A DNA stretch of 49,055 nt from an uncultured Burkholderiales bacterium (lineage in GTDB: Bacteria; Pseudomonadota; Gammaproteobacteria; Burkholderiales; Burkholderiaceae_D), in the NCBI GenBank assembly GCA_937872165.1, contig CALMOR010000062.1, positions 1 through 49,055 on the forward strand, written 5' to 3'. Under the pieces are notes generated by a model that was given only the letters and a program-made list of their open reading frames with translations, searched no databases and was not told the origin of the DNA. A program made the position numbers and the translations under genes. Of this stretch, positions 17,608 through 26,399 are shown piece after piece (position 1 is the first letter of the stretch; the number at the start of each line of letters is the position of its first letter).

Positions 17608-17934
17608 TCACGCGGCACCTCGGGCGCGACGACGGCCCCACATCTCGTCGCTGTTTTCCTTGACGGTCTGCCAGCTGAGGTGGTGCGGGTTAACGCAGCT
17701 GGGATTGGCGCAGGCGTGGCCCGCGTGGAGTCCGGCGCCGTCCTTGCCCGTCACCTGTTGAAGGACGACGCGGATCACGCGGAGCTTCTTGTGAACGCCG
17801 TCGACCCGGACGGTCATGCGGCCGTAACCTGCCTTGTCGCGGTTGGCGACCCAGACCCAGCAGCCGGTCCGAGCTTCCTCGACGGAGTTGGCCACGATGC
17901 GCTCCATGACCCCCGGGTAGCGAGCGGCGCTCAC
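17608..17934 (-). CDS. HNH (His-Me finger) endonuclease
   Basis: GCWVW...GYG...HACANPSCVNPHHL...T.KEN..EM. Confidence 0.8.
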   Translation of the reverse strand: MSAARYPGVMERIVANSVEEARTGCWVWVANRDKAGYGRMTVRVDGVHKKLRVIRVVLQQVTGKDGAGLHAGHACANPSCVNPHHLSWQTVKENSDEMWGRRRARGAA

Positions 17935-18161
17935 TTGGCGGCTCCGACGAGGTGATGCGCAATACCCTCATAGGTGCCGATCGCAAACATGGCAAAACCG
18001 TTGCGGTGCGCGTGTACCCGGGCACCTTGCTGCGTCGGAAACCAGCCGACAAGCGTGCTCGCGGTTGTAAGCACGTAGCGGTGTTTTGCGTCGGGCAGCT
18101 TGGCCATGTCGAGCGACTGGGCCAATTGTCGCGGGGTGGGGGTGTAATTGAGCTGTTGCAC
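17931..18161 (-). CDS. Hypothetical protein
   Basis: GTG start with AAGGAG RBS; GTGA coupling to the HNH gene. Confidence 0.55.
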   Translation of the reverse strand: MQQLNYTPTPRQLAQSLDMAKLPDAKHRYVLTTASTLVGWFPTQQGARVHAHRNGFAMFAIGTYEGIAHHLVGAAK

Positions 18162-18245
18162 GCTGCACTCCTTCAGGTTATCCCGGAAACATCGCCGGGT
18201 CGATACAAGTCATCATCCTCTTGTTTTCGGCCGCCGTAAAGTGGG

Positions 18246-19958
18246 CTAGGCCAGTTTTCCAACCGTTCGTCGGCTCGTCGTCGCCTTTCCGCGACGGTAC
18301 TCCTGGAGGGCAGCGTACAGGTTGGCCTGGCCGCGATGCTTCCGCCGCAGAGCGATCAGCTTGAGCTCGTCCACAGTGCCCTTCGCGAGGCAGTGATGAA
18401 CTGTGACCCGCTTCGCGTCCGAGCCCTGCCTGATGAGGCGTCGGTTGAGCTGATCGTACATCTCATAATCGTACGTCAGGGTGTACCAGAAGATGTGCCG
18501 CGCGCTCGATCCCTGGAAGTTCAGCCCGTGGCCCACCGACTGCGGATGTCCAAGCATCAGCTGGAGGTCGCCACGGTTCCACTGCGTCTCGATCGCCTTG
18601 TCCGCCTTCAGCGAGCGGCCGAGTATCGGGGCGTCCTCCTTCAGCTTGAGCGTCTTCTTGAGCCGGTCGAGGTCATGGCCGTAGTGGTAGGCTATGAACA
18701 GCTGCTGACCGTTCAGCTCCTCGATGAGGTCGACCAGCGCCTGGTCCTTGAGCGTATGCATCGCCTGCCACTCGCGCTTGCCCGCCTTGGGTAGCCCAGT
18801 CTCCTCGTCGATCGGGTCCAGGTAGACCCCGCCGGACGCCATCTGCGCCAGCTTCGTCAGTCGAGCGCCCGCGTTCGCCGCGGTGACGATCCCGCGATCA
18901 ACCTCCAGAAACAGCTCCTCCTCGAACTCCTTGTAGTGCTTCCAGCACGGCGACGACTTGATGTCGACGTTGATGATGTTGTCGTGCTTCTCGGGCAGCG
19001 TCAGGTAGTCCTCCCCCGACAGACGGAACACGAGCGGCGCAATCCGTCGATTGATGGCCTCCTCAGCCTCGACGTACTCGGGCTTGGCCTCAGTGCCGAC
19101 GTTCACGCCCTCCTTCAGCACCCAGGTGTAGCCTCCGTATCCCGTGGGGTTGAAATACTTGTTGCGGTAGTGCGTGATGTACGGGCCCAGCGCGCCGCCC
19201 TCGTCGAGGATGTAGCACTGACCGAACAGGTCCATCATGCCGTTCGAGGCGAACGAGCCGGTGAGCCCCCAGCGTCGCAGGAACTTTTTGAGCCAGGGCT
19301 TGATCGCGCGGCCGCGGCTCGTCTCCAGATGCTTCAACTTCGACAGCTCGTCAATGCACAGTATGTCGCAGCGCTCCAAGATGCGCTTCGTGCGGGGGCG
19401 TGCCTCGCGCATGAGCTCGTCCCACTTCTCCTTCGCCTTGGCGTAGCGCGCCTTGGCTTCGGCCGCCTGCTCCGCGGTCAGACCCTTGAGCACCGCGGGC
19501 CTCGGGGGCGGTGGGCCGAACAGCCATTCCAGCCCCTCGAAATTGATCACATAGATGTCGGCATCGCGCGCCAGCGCCTCCTCACGCAGCTTAGGTGCGT
19601 TCTCCTTGTCGCTGTGAAGCACCTCCATCGTGAGGTGATTGAAGTCGAGCCACTTGTCGCGCTCGGCCGGCCAGACCATGTGACAGGGGCGAACCGGCGC
19701 AACGACAAGCATGCCGCGACAGTTGTTGGCCTTCTTGAGCAGCTTGAACGTCCCGAGCGAGATGGCCGTCTTACTCATTCCCGGGTCAAGGAGGAGGCCG
19801 CCGTGCGCCTGGCTGAGCAGGAACTTCATCGCCTGCCGCATGTACGGACGCGGCTCCCACTTCTGAGGCACCACGACCGCCTCGGGCTCGCTCGACAGCT
19901 TCACGGATGGCATTGATAGCTGCTTCGGCGTAGTCGTGGACTTGGATTTCGTAGCCAT
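18246..19958 (-). CDS. SNF2-family (SF2) DNA helicase
   Basis: LDPGMSKT, INFE, IDELS, GLTGS, HPQSVGHGLNFQ and QLNRRLIRQG motifs; exact start uncertain because of the overlap with VRR-NUC. Confidence 0.9.
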   Translation of the reverse strand: MATKSKSTTTPKQLSMPSVKLSSEPEAVVVPQKWEPRPYMRQAMKFLLSQAHGGLLLDPGMSKTAISLGTFKLLKKANNCRGMLVVAPVRPCHMVWPAERDKWLDFNHLTMEVLHSDKENAPKLREEALARDADIYVINFEGLEWLFGPPPPRPAVLKGLTAEQAAEAKARYAKAKEKWDELMREARPRTKRILERCDILCIDELSKLKHLETSRGRAIKPWLKKFLRRWGLTGSFASNGMMDLFGQCYILDEGGALGPYITHYRNKYFNPTGYGGYTWVLKEGVNVGTEAKPEYVEAEEAINRRIAPLVFRLSGEDYLTLPEKHDNIINVDIKSSPCWKHYKEFEEELFLEVDRGIVTAANAGARLTKLAQMASGGVYLDPIDEETGLPKAGKREWQAMHTLKDQALVDLIEELNGQQLFIAYHYGHDLDRLKKTLKLKEDAPILGRSLKADKAIETQWNRGDLQLMLGHPQSVGHGLNFQGSSARHIFWYTLTYDYEMYDQLNRRLIRQGSDAKRVTVHHCLAKGTVDELKLIALRRKHRGQANLYAALQEYRRGKATTSRRTVGKLA

Positions 19959-20172
19959 GGGCCCTCAGGATGCGGTGACGGTGACGCTGGATGCCTTGCG
20001 GCTTGCCCCCAGGCACCTTGAACTCTATGAACAGGGGGCGTCCCCCGGGGATCAGAAACAGGCGGTCCGGCCAGCCGCGCTGCCCCTGGAGGTTGAGCTT
20101 GAGCGAGAGTACGCCGAGCGTCAGCGCTGCGTCGACGACCTCCTGCTCAATCGGCGCTTCACGAAAATTCAC
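19786..20172 (-). CDS. VRR-NUC domain nuclease
   Basis: E..IE...GWPDRL...FIEFK.PG.KP...Q. Confidence 0.88.
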   Translation of the reverse strand: MNFREAPIEQEVVDAALTLGVLSLKLNLQGQRGWPDRLFLIPGGRPLFIEFKVPGGKPQGIQRHRHRILRAHGYEIQVHDYAEAAINAIREAVERARGGRGASEVGAASVHAAGDEVPAQPGARRPPP

Positions 20173-20851
20173 ACGGCCCTCCCTCGGTGACGCGATAGGG
20201 GCACCAACTGCAGTGCCGTCCCGGCCGGGGAACGAACGTGCGATCGCTCAGCACCATGTTGAAGTTGCTGGTCCACGTCTTGAGGAACTTCTTGGCCTGA
20301 GCGATCGTGTAGTGCTCTACCTTCTCCTCGCCCAGATCGACGTACCACAGTTCGCTGCTGATGCCCTTCACGTCCGGGTTCATGACGATCCCGCCGGCCG
20401 CGTAAAGGGTCATCTGATCCTCGGAGTCGCCGTACATCTTGCCCGTCTTGTGGTCGATGACACGCAGCTTGTTCTCGGGCGTGATGACGGCTGCGTCGAT
20501 CTTGATGCGAATCTTGCAGCGACTCCAGTCGGTCGAGCTGACGGGCTCCCACTTCTCGGTGAAGCCCCAGGACCCTTCCACCGTGGGGTTCTGAGTCTTG
20601 AGCACCTTGAACTCCGCGCCGAACGACTTCAGCTCCTTGGGGAGCGTCTTCAGCTGCCCGAGCGCGTACTGCTCGGCCTTCTTGTGAATCTCCTCGCCCC
20701 GGACCATCGCTGGGCTGCGGGACTCCTCGACCTTGAGCTTGTCGACGTGCTTGAGGTAGGCGAACCGGGCGCACTTGACCCAGTCGTTGTAGCGGGTGAA
20801 GGACACCGACTTCATGACCTTGACCACCTTGATATGCTGCTTGACAGGCAT
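20159..20851 (-). CDS. PD-(D/E)XK exonuclease (Cas4/RecB-like)
   Basis: SFTRY...C, RGEEIH, KIDA, VIDHKTGK, Q..LY and C-terminal CSWCPY...C. Confidence 0.85.
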   Translation of the reverse strand: MPVKQHIKVVKVMKSVSFTRYNDWVKCARFAYLKHVDKLKVEESRSPAMVRGEEIHKKAEQYALGQLKTLPKELKSFGAEFKVLKTQNPTVEGSWGFTEKWEPVSSTDWSRCKIRIKIDAAVITPENKLRVIDHKTGKMYGDSEDQMTLYAAGGIVMNPDVKGISSELWYVDLGEEKVEHYTIAQAKKFLKTWTSNFNMVLSDRTFVPRPGRHCSWCPYRVTEGGPCEFS

Positions 20852-20860
20852 GACCGCTCC

Positions 20861-22729
20861 TTACTTGAGTTTGTCGTACGGTTCGAGCTGGTTCCAGCGG
20901 TAGCCGACATCGCCCTCCGACAGCATGGGTACGTCGAACTTGATCGACTCCATCGCCTCCTTCAGGCGCGCCATCTCGGTCTTGGTCGCCTTCTTGGGGC
21001 ACGTCGCCACGTTCTGGTCGTGGACCGTCAGCACGAACCGGCCGTCCTTCTTGAGGTGGTGATAGCGGATGATCGACTCCTTGATGTGATCGGCCGCCGA
21101 TCCCTGGATCAGGTAGTTGAGCAGCTTGTACTCGAACGTCTGCTGGCGTCCCGTCTCCTTGTTGAAGCGCGGGGGCTCGACGTGGTACACCCGGCCGCCC
21201 CAGGTACGGATCGAGCCTCCCGGCGCCTTGCCGCGCGCCTTCGTCTCGTTATCCAGCACCTTCACGTCAGGCAGCGCCGCGGCGTGGAACGCTTTGAGCT
21301 CCTTGGCCTCCTGCGCGCTGACCCCGAGCTTGAGGACGAGCGCGTCAATGCCGCCGCCGTACACCATCAGGAAGTTGAGAATCTTGATGTACTTGCGCTT
21401 GATCTCGCGCGCGGCGACCCGCTGAACCTCCTGGCCAACGTACGCGTGCACGTCGAGCTTCGGATTGGCGTTGTAGGCCGCAGCCAGCTGGCCATCCTCG
21501 AAGTGCGCGAGCAGACGCAGCTCCTGCTGGCTGTAGTCCCGGTCCAGCAGCACGCAGTCCGTGTCATCTGCGATGACGTAGTTGCGGACCTCGGGGAGCG
21601 GCGGGACCTTCAGGAAGTCCGGGTGGTTGTAGCCCTCGTCGCCGGCCAAGTCCTTGGGGATGTTCATGAGGCTCGGGTTCGAGCTCAGTCGGCCGGTCCG
21701 CGCGCCCGCCGAGTCGTTGCCTCGGGCCTGCCTAACCTGGTTCCACGACGTGTTGACCCAACCGCCCGAGTGCTCCCCCATCCGCAGCCAGGGACGCATG
21801 AACGTCCCGAGGATCGTCTTGAGCTTGGCCCGGTAATCGAGCGCCGCCCGAAGCCGCTTGTCTGTGATCGCCTGGTTCAGCGACTCCTTGGAGGTCGAGC
21901 GCTGATGCGACTTCGCGGTCAGCATGAACCCGCCGTCGGCCTTGCCCGCCTTCTCCAGCGCGTTGGCCAGTTCCTCGCCCGAGTCGATGTTCATGTCGGG
22001 CGTCTTGAGCAGCTTGCATATCCACGCGCTCACTCGCTCATACACCTGCTCGTACAGGGCCACGTCGCGTCGAAGCGCGTCCACGTCGATCCGCATACCC
22101 AGCTGCTCGTTCTCCAGCAGGATCGGCATCAGCTGCTGCTCGCGCTGATACGCCCCGAGCATGCCGGAGTCGAGCTGCTTGTAGAGAAGGTCGTGGAGCT
22201 TGCGCGTCCGCAGCGTGTCGCCGTTGGCGTATCGTCCAACGATGTCGCCCGGCGCGTAGGCGATGAACGCGCCCGCCTTGCCACGCTGGTTCTTGGCGAT
22301 CGTCCCCGAGTCGACGAGCCAGTCAGCCACGGCGTCGCGCTCCTCCGGCGCCATGCCCAGGTGCTCCTGCGCAGCCGGCTTCAGCTTGAGGTTCATGCTA
22401 TGGGGGTGTAGCAAGAACAGCTGATACATCGTGTCGTGGAGCCGGTCCCAGGTCGGCATCGCAACGCCCATGTGGGTCGTCGCCACGTCCACGTCGAACT
22501 TCCCGTTGTGATGCAACAGGGGAGCGCCCGAGCGGTAAATGTCCTTGAGCTCGGCCTGCGCCGCCTCGATGGTTGTGTTGTTCTTGGTCGGATGTCCCCA
22601 CGCCAGGTACTTCGGCTGCTTGCCCGGGTACATGATGCTGAGCCCAACCGGCTTCGGCGGATACTGCGGCCGATCCTCAATGGCGAACGTCTCGAAGTCG
22701 AGCGTCACCGGCGTCACGCGGCTTGCCAT
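20861..22729 (-). CDS. polA: Family A DNA polymerase with 3'-5' exonuclease
   Basis: Exonuclease motifs LDFET, HNGKFD and YANGD; RTGRLSS; motif A DYSQQELR; motif B KILNFLMVYG; NYLIQGSAAD; motif C VHDQ. Confidence 0.95.
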   Translation of the reverse strand: MASRVTPVTLDFETFAIEDRPQYPPKPVGLSIMYPGKQPKYLAWGHPTKNNTTIEAAQAELKDIYRSGAPLLHHNGKFDVDVATTHMGVAMPTWDRLHDTMYQLFLLHPHSMNLKLKPAAQEHLGMAPEERDAVADWLVDSGTIAKNQRGKAGAFIAYAPGDIVGRYANGDTLRTRKLHDLLYKQLDSGMLGAYQREQQLMPILLENEQLGMRIDVDALRRDVALYEQVYERVSAWICKLLKTPDMNIDSGEELANALEKAGKADGGFMLTAKSHQRSTSKESLNQAITDKRLRAALDYRAKLKTILGTFMRPWLRMGEHSGGWVNTSWNQVRQARGNDSAGARTGRLSSNPSLMNIPKDLAGDEGYNHPDFLKVPPLPEVRNYVIADDTDCVLLDRDYSQQELRLLAHFEDGQLAAAYNANPKLDVHAYVGQEVQRVAAREIKRKYIKILNFLMVYGGGIDALVLKLGVSAQEAKELKAFHAAALPDVKVLDNETKARGKAPGGSIRTWGGRVYHVEPPRFNKETGRQQTFEYKLLNYLIQGSAADHIKESIIRYHHLKKDGRFVLTVHDQNVATCPKKATKTEMARLKEAMESIKFDVPMLSEGDVGYRWNQLEPYDKLK

Positions 22730-22750
22730 CCTCTTGCGCCTCCTATACGT

Positions 22751-22776
22751 AGAAACAGCCCGAGGGTTGCCCGGGC
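22751..22776 (-). terminator. Possible weak terminator between the SSB-like gene and the polymerase
   Basis: GCCCGGG-CAACC-CTCGGGC stem followed by TGTTTCT. Confidence 0.45.
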
Positions 22777-22798
22777 CGTCTCGATTGCGCTACGGATG

Positions 22799-23665
22799 TC
22801 AGAACTTGCGTGCCTTCTTGGCCGCGACGGGCGCACCTCCCGGCTTCTTGGAACTCACCCCGGCCGGCGCCGCTGCCTTCCGCGACTTCGGCGGGGCGAT
22901 CGTCGGCTGCTTGGCGTCATCGTCGCTGCGGGCCTGGTACGCCTGCTGCACCGCCTCCTCGCCGACCGCGATCTTGCGCTTCATCGCGGCCATGAGCTCC
23001 GCATCGAGCGCCACCTTGCCCGCCTCGGCCGTCCCGAACATGAGCATGAATCCGCCCTTCGGGTTCGGCGTGACGCTGACGTTGGTGTGAACCCCCCAGG
23101 TGGGGAGCGCGTACCGCTGCGACACGTCGCGCTGATGGTTGACCCAGCCCTTGACCGACGTGACCGGGACGTTGAGCGTGATGACCTCCGACTCGTCGAG
23201 CGCGGCGGCCGTCTCGACCGCATCCGACGGGACGAGCGCGAGCTTGACGCTGTTCTTGCACGCCTTGCCGCGGCCGGTGTCGGCGCTGTTCCACTGATTG
23301 GCCCAGCACTTCGCGCAGCCCGTGGTCGGCGGCTGGCTGATGGCGTCCTGGCGCTCCTCCACTTCGTCCGTCGGGCACAGCTCGTCCTCGTCGAAGTTGA
23401 AGGCGTAGCAGGTGGGCGGCGCCGGGTTCGAGGCGTCGAACACGCCTTCGTAGTACACGTTGGCCGCGATGGCCGTGAGTACCACCATGTCCAGCGTGTT
23501 GTCCTGGATCGGGGCGCCGTTGTACTGTAGCAGCCCCCCGGCCGTGTTGATGGATGACGACATCGAGACGCGACGCGCCTGCTTCATCTGAGCAGCTGCG
23601 GCTGCGGCCAACTCCTCGTCATACGCCACGACGGCCGTGGATGCTGCGGGTTTCTTGCTTGCCAT
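22799..23665 (-). CDS. Conserved replication-module protein, putative ssDNA-binding protein
   Basis: YY...F....P.PP.C, CxxCxxNQW.S...GRGKACKN and VPVTSVK motifs; position upstream of the polymerase. Confidence 0.6.
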   Translation of the reverse strand: MASKKPAASTAVVAYDEELAAAAAAQMKQARRVSMSSSINTAGGLLQYNGAPIQDNTLDMVVLTAIAANVYYEGVFDASNPAPPTCYAFNFDEDELCPTDEVEERQDAISQPPTTGCAKCWANQWNSADTGRGKACKNSVKLALVPSDAVETAAALDESEVITLNVPVTSVKGWVNHQRDVSQRYALPTWGVHTNVSVTPNPKGGFMLMFGTAEAGKVALDAELMAAMKRKIAVGEEAVQQAYQARSDDDAKQPTIAPPKSRKAAAPAGVSSKKPGGAPVAAKKARKF

Positions 23666-23727
23666 GCGATACTCCTAGTGAACTTGGGAACTTGGACAGT
23701 GGCGCGTTACCGTTGCGCGCCTCGGGA

Positions 23728-24369
23728 TCAGGCAGGTTCGATCAGCTTGTACTCCTCTAGAAGGGTGTTGATGAAATCCGGTCGCGGACGCCGGGTCCAG
23801 CCATGAATGCCGCGCATGCCTACGGCGTAGAAGGCGCGGAAGCAATCGACGGAGCTGCCCCGTAGGAACGCCTCATCAAGGTTGTAGGGGGCTTCGTAGA
23901 ACTGCCACTGCGTCTCCTGAAGCCGCGTCGGCATGACCTCGAACTGAACCAGCATCGCGCGGAGCTGAGCAAGCGTGACCCGCTCCTGCGTGTCCAGCTT
24001 CGGGAACCGATACACGTGCTCATCGAGGAGGGCGTGACCCAGGCGTCGCACCCAGTCATAGTTGCCGCCGAGCGCGTTGACCCACTCCAGGTGCTCCGGG
24101 TTCGCGGGCCAGGACGACATCGTGGGAAACACCTGAACGCCGAACAGGCGCGCGCGAACGTCCACGGGGTGCTGCCACTCGGGCAGGCTGTCAGTTCCAT
24201 GTGCCTGAATCACGAGTCCTTCCTTGTGCCAGACCGACGACAGCAGCTGACAGGCATACCCCGCGTACGTGAACAGATGTCGATCGAAGTACCAGCTGGC
24301 GACGGTCTCCGGGTCGTCGTCGAGATAGATGAGCGTGGGCGCTCGCGTGACGTGATAGCTCTGGATCAT
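23728..24369 (-). CDS. Divergent pyrimidine-dimer DNA glycosylase (DenV-like family) homologue
   Basis: IYLDDDP...A....DRH...QLLS, W......NYDW......L.DE..YRF and FRAFY...WTRRPRP patterns. Confidence 0.6.
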   Translation of the reverse strand: MIQSYHVTRAPTLIYLDDDPETVASWYFDRHLFTYAGYACQLLSSVWHKEGLVIQAHGTDSLPEWQHPVDVRARLFGVQVFPTMSSWPANPEHLEWVNALGGNYDWVRRLGHALLDEHVYRFPKLDTQERVTLAQLRAMLVQFEVMPTRLQETQWQFYEAPYNLDEAFLRGSSVDCFRAFYAVGMRGIHGWTRRPRPDFINTLLEEYKLIEPA

Positions 24370-24572
24370 GCGGACCTCCGCGGGAAGTTGACGACGGAGC
24401 CGGACCCGCTGGGCTCGTACTCGGGGCGTCGCGTCCCGGCGCTGAGCGCGTGAGCGTAGGCGTACGCCGGCCCCTCAGCGTTCCACCGCGGTCGACAGCG
24501 ACGCCCTGCCCAGATGATCCCGACCTGATCGCCGTCGTGAAACAACTGGGCGCCTGGGGGCAGCTTCAGCAT
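24366..24572 (-). CDS. Hypothetical protein
   Basis: 68 aa; overlapping start/stop codons with both neighbours. Confidence 0.55.
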   Translation of the reverse strand: MLKLPPGAQLFHDGDQVGIIWAGRRCRPRWNAEGPAYAYAHALSAGTRRPEYEPSGSGSVVNFPRRSA

Positions 24573-24844
24573 CAGCTGACCTTCGCGGGGTTGTCGACCA
24601 TCCAGTTGCGGACCGTCAGGCGAAGGTCGGCGATCTGCTCGATGGTCCGGTCCTGGTAGAACGCAGCGACGGCCAGCAAGTTGAGCACGTCCTCGTCCGT
24701 ATCGACCGACACCGTGCCAGAGTACTGACGACCGCCAGAGCTGGGCACTACCTTGACGCCGTTGTCTGCGTGCCGGACCAGGTAAGCGCGAGTGAACGCC
24801 TCTTCATCCAGCTTCGTGTTGTCCATCTTGAAGGCGAACTCCAT
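24572..24844 (-). CDS. Hypothetical protein
   Basis: ATG 24844 in a TGATG overlap (MEFAFKMD...). Confidence 0.55.
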   Translation of the reverse strand: MEFAFKMDNTKLDEEAFTRAYLVRHADNGVKVVPSSGGRQYSGTVSVDTDEDVLNLLAVAAFYQDRTIEQIADLRLTVRNWMVDNPAKVS

Positions 24845-25305
24845 CAGGACACCTTCGTGCACGAAACGGCCAGCGTGTTGAACGCCTCGACGCCGGGCAC
24901 GTCCTTCTTGGCAAGCCAGCGCGCCTCGACAGCCTTCTTGTTGACGGCCCGGTTGAGCAGGTCGAAGCCCGCGGTGCGCTTGATGTAGGCGTACAACTTG
25001 TCCCAGTCCTTGACCTGCGGCACCACCTTCTGCTCGATCTTGGCGTTGGCGACCTTGCCCGAGACGCCGGTGGCCTGCGACTTGGGCAGCTGGAGAATGA
25101 TCCACTCGCGCAGGTCGCGCTCCTCCAGCTCCATCGCGTCGACGATGGCCTGCTGCGCGAGGCGATCGAGGCGCTTCTGGTACAGCAGGTCCGCGCACTC
25201 GGCGAGGGTCTTGGGCAGCTTGAGCTTGGACTTCTGCACGTAGCCCGACGTGTCGATGACGGGCGCTGCCTTCTTGGCAGGCGCCTTCTTGGTAGCAACT
25301 GGCAT
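24844..25305 (-). CDS. Conserved phage coiled-coil protein of the replication module
   Basis: V.DWDKLYAYI.....FDLL.R.V......VPGV pattern; AAGGGAA RBS. Confidence 0.65.
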   Translation of the reverse strand: MPVATKKAPAKKAAPVIDTSGYVQKSKLKLPKTLAECADLLYQKRLDRLAQQAIVDAMELEERDLREWIILQLPKSQATGVSGKVANAKIEQKVVPQVKDWDKLYAYIKRTAGFDLLNRAVNKKAVEARWLAKKDVPGVEAFNTLAVSCTKVS

Positions 25306-25360
25306 GGTGTTTCCCTTGGTGATGAGTATCGAGGAGACCGGCCCCGTCCGGGAACCCGCG

Positions 25361-25393
25361 AGGATACGCGGTCGCGCTCGTGCCGTCTAGCCC
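25361..25393 (-). promoter_or_regulatory. Promoter GGGC-TAGACG-N17-TATCCT
   Basis: Both boxes and their flanks are shared with 30324-30357. Confidence 0.65.
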
Positions 25394-25515
25394 TCCTCCG
25401 GCTCGTCGCCTGATCCGCCGCAGCGCTCGCACTGCTCGATGATGTCCCCCGTACCGTCGTCGTCAGGGTATTGGACCTCGCCGGTTCCGTCGCAGTCAAT
25501 GCACTTCGTGCTCAT
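25387..25515 (-). CDS. 42-aa DnaJ-type CxxCxGxG zinc-ribbon protein
   Basis: MSTKCIDCDGTG...CERCGGSG; ATGA overlap with the dcd stop. Confidence 0.65.
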   Translation of the reverse strand: MSTKCIDCDGTGEVQYPDDDGTGDIIEQCERCGGSGDEPEEG

Positions 25516-26093
25516 AGCCCCGCTCCCAGTGTTGAGGCTGTCGGCAGGGGGCCGGTCGCCTCGAATACGTCCTGGTACGCCCCGCGCGCGCGGTAGCTGC
25601 GCGACGCCGGCACCAGCTTGTGCGGCATGAAGACCATCTGGCCGATCCGATCGCCCTTGCGCAGCGCGATCACGTGATGCTGCGTCGTGTTCTGCAGCTC
25701 CAGGGTCAGGGCGCCGCGCCAGCCCGGGTCGCACCAGCCCGCGAGCGCGTGATTGAGACCGACGCGCGCGAGCGACGACTTCAGCTTGTACTCGGCCGAC
25801 AGATCGAGCGGCAGGTTGAACTCCTGCTGCGTGACCGCGAGGACGAACTGCCCGGGGTACAGCAGAAACGAGCCGTCCTCGTTGAGCTCCTGCGGCTCCG
25901 TGTAGAGCGGCTGACGCTTGGACAGCTCGACCGTCGGCCATTCGTCCTCGGGCGTCGTCGGGTTCGGCTGTTCCAGCAGGAACTGATCGCTGATCGTGAG
26001 GTCGATCGACGAACCGTTGACGTGCTCAGCCGTCACGCCGCGGATCACGCCTCGATCGACGAGGCCCACCAGGTCGCTGTAGGACAGGATCAC
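25512..26093 (-). CDS. dcd: dCTP deaminase
   Basis: ILS, SSIDL, LYPGQFVLA, KSSLARVG, AGWCDPGWRGALTLEL, RIGQMVF and Y...G.YQ. Confidence 0.92.
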   Translation of the reverse strand: MILSYSDLVGLVDRGVIRGVTAEHVNGSSIDLTISDQFLLEQPNPTTPEDEWPTVELSKRQPLYTEPQELNEDGSFLLYPGQFVLAVTQQEFNLPLDLSAEYKLKSSLARVGLNHALAGWCDPGWRGALTLELQNTTQHHVIALRKGDRIGQMVFMPHKLVPASRSYRARGAYQDVFEATGPLPTASTLGAGL

Positions 26094-26269
26094 GGCAGTC
26101 TCCCTACGGGCTCGAGACGGCCGACCTCACGACCCGTCTTCTGACCCTTCCAGGTCACCAAGATCGGGCTCGGGTTTCCTTTGGTCGCCAGCACGACTGC
26201 CATATGAACGTGAGTCGGCTGAAGCACTCCGATCACCTTGAACTCCTCCTTCACCTGCGACTTGGGCAT
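26090..26269 (-). CDS. 59-aa hypothetical protein (not in the ORF track)
   Basis: MPKSQVKEEFKVIGVL...; AAGGA RBS; its stop overlaps the dcd GTG start. Confidence 0.5.
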   Translation of the reverse strand: MPKSQVKEEFKVIGVLQPTHVHMAVVLATKGNPSPILVTWKGQKTGREVGRLEPVGRLP

Positions 26270-26399
26270 ACATGTTCCTTGGGGTTGGGTTGGCCAGCAT
26301 CTGGCCCATCATCTCGTTCTCAAGCGTAAGCAACTGGATCAGGTTGGTGAGCGTCGCAACCTCGGCCTCCAGTGCCGCAATGCGATCGGCGTCAGTCAC
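26127..26399 (-). CDS. Hypothetical protein with an N-terminal coiled coil
   Basis: GTG 26399 near the upstream stop (MTDADRIAALEAEV...); the 3' half overlaps the 26090-26269 ORF. Confidence 0.4.
   Translation of the reverse strand: MTDADRIAALEAEVATLTNLIQLLTLENEMMGQMLANPTPRNMYAQVAGEGGVQGDRSASADSRSYGSRAGDQRKPEPDLGDLEGSEDGS

Noticed and set aside
19786-19958. 173-nt overlap of VRR-NUC and helicase as a frameshift signal
   Set aside because: Both ORFs are complete; the overlap covers only non-conserved ends and the helicase may start at a later Met.
20159-20851. Cas4-like nuclease as evidence of CRISPR-Cas
   Set aside because: No array or other cas genes; it is a normal replication-module exonuclease.
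19991-22411. 806-aa + strand ORF
   Set aside because: Antisense shadow of the polymerase and exonuclease genes, expected from high-GC codon bias; no motifs.
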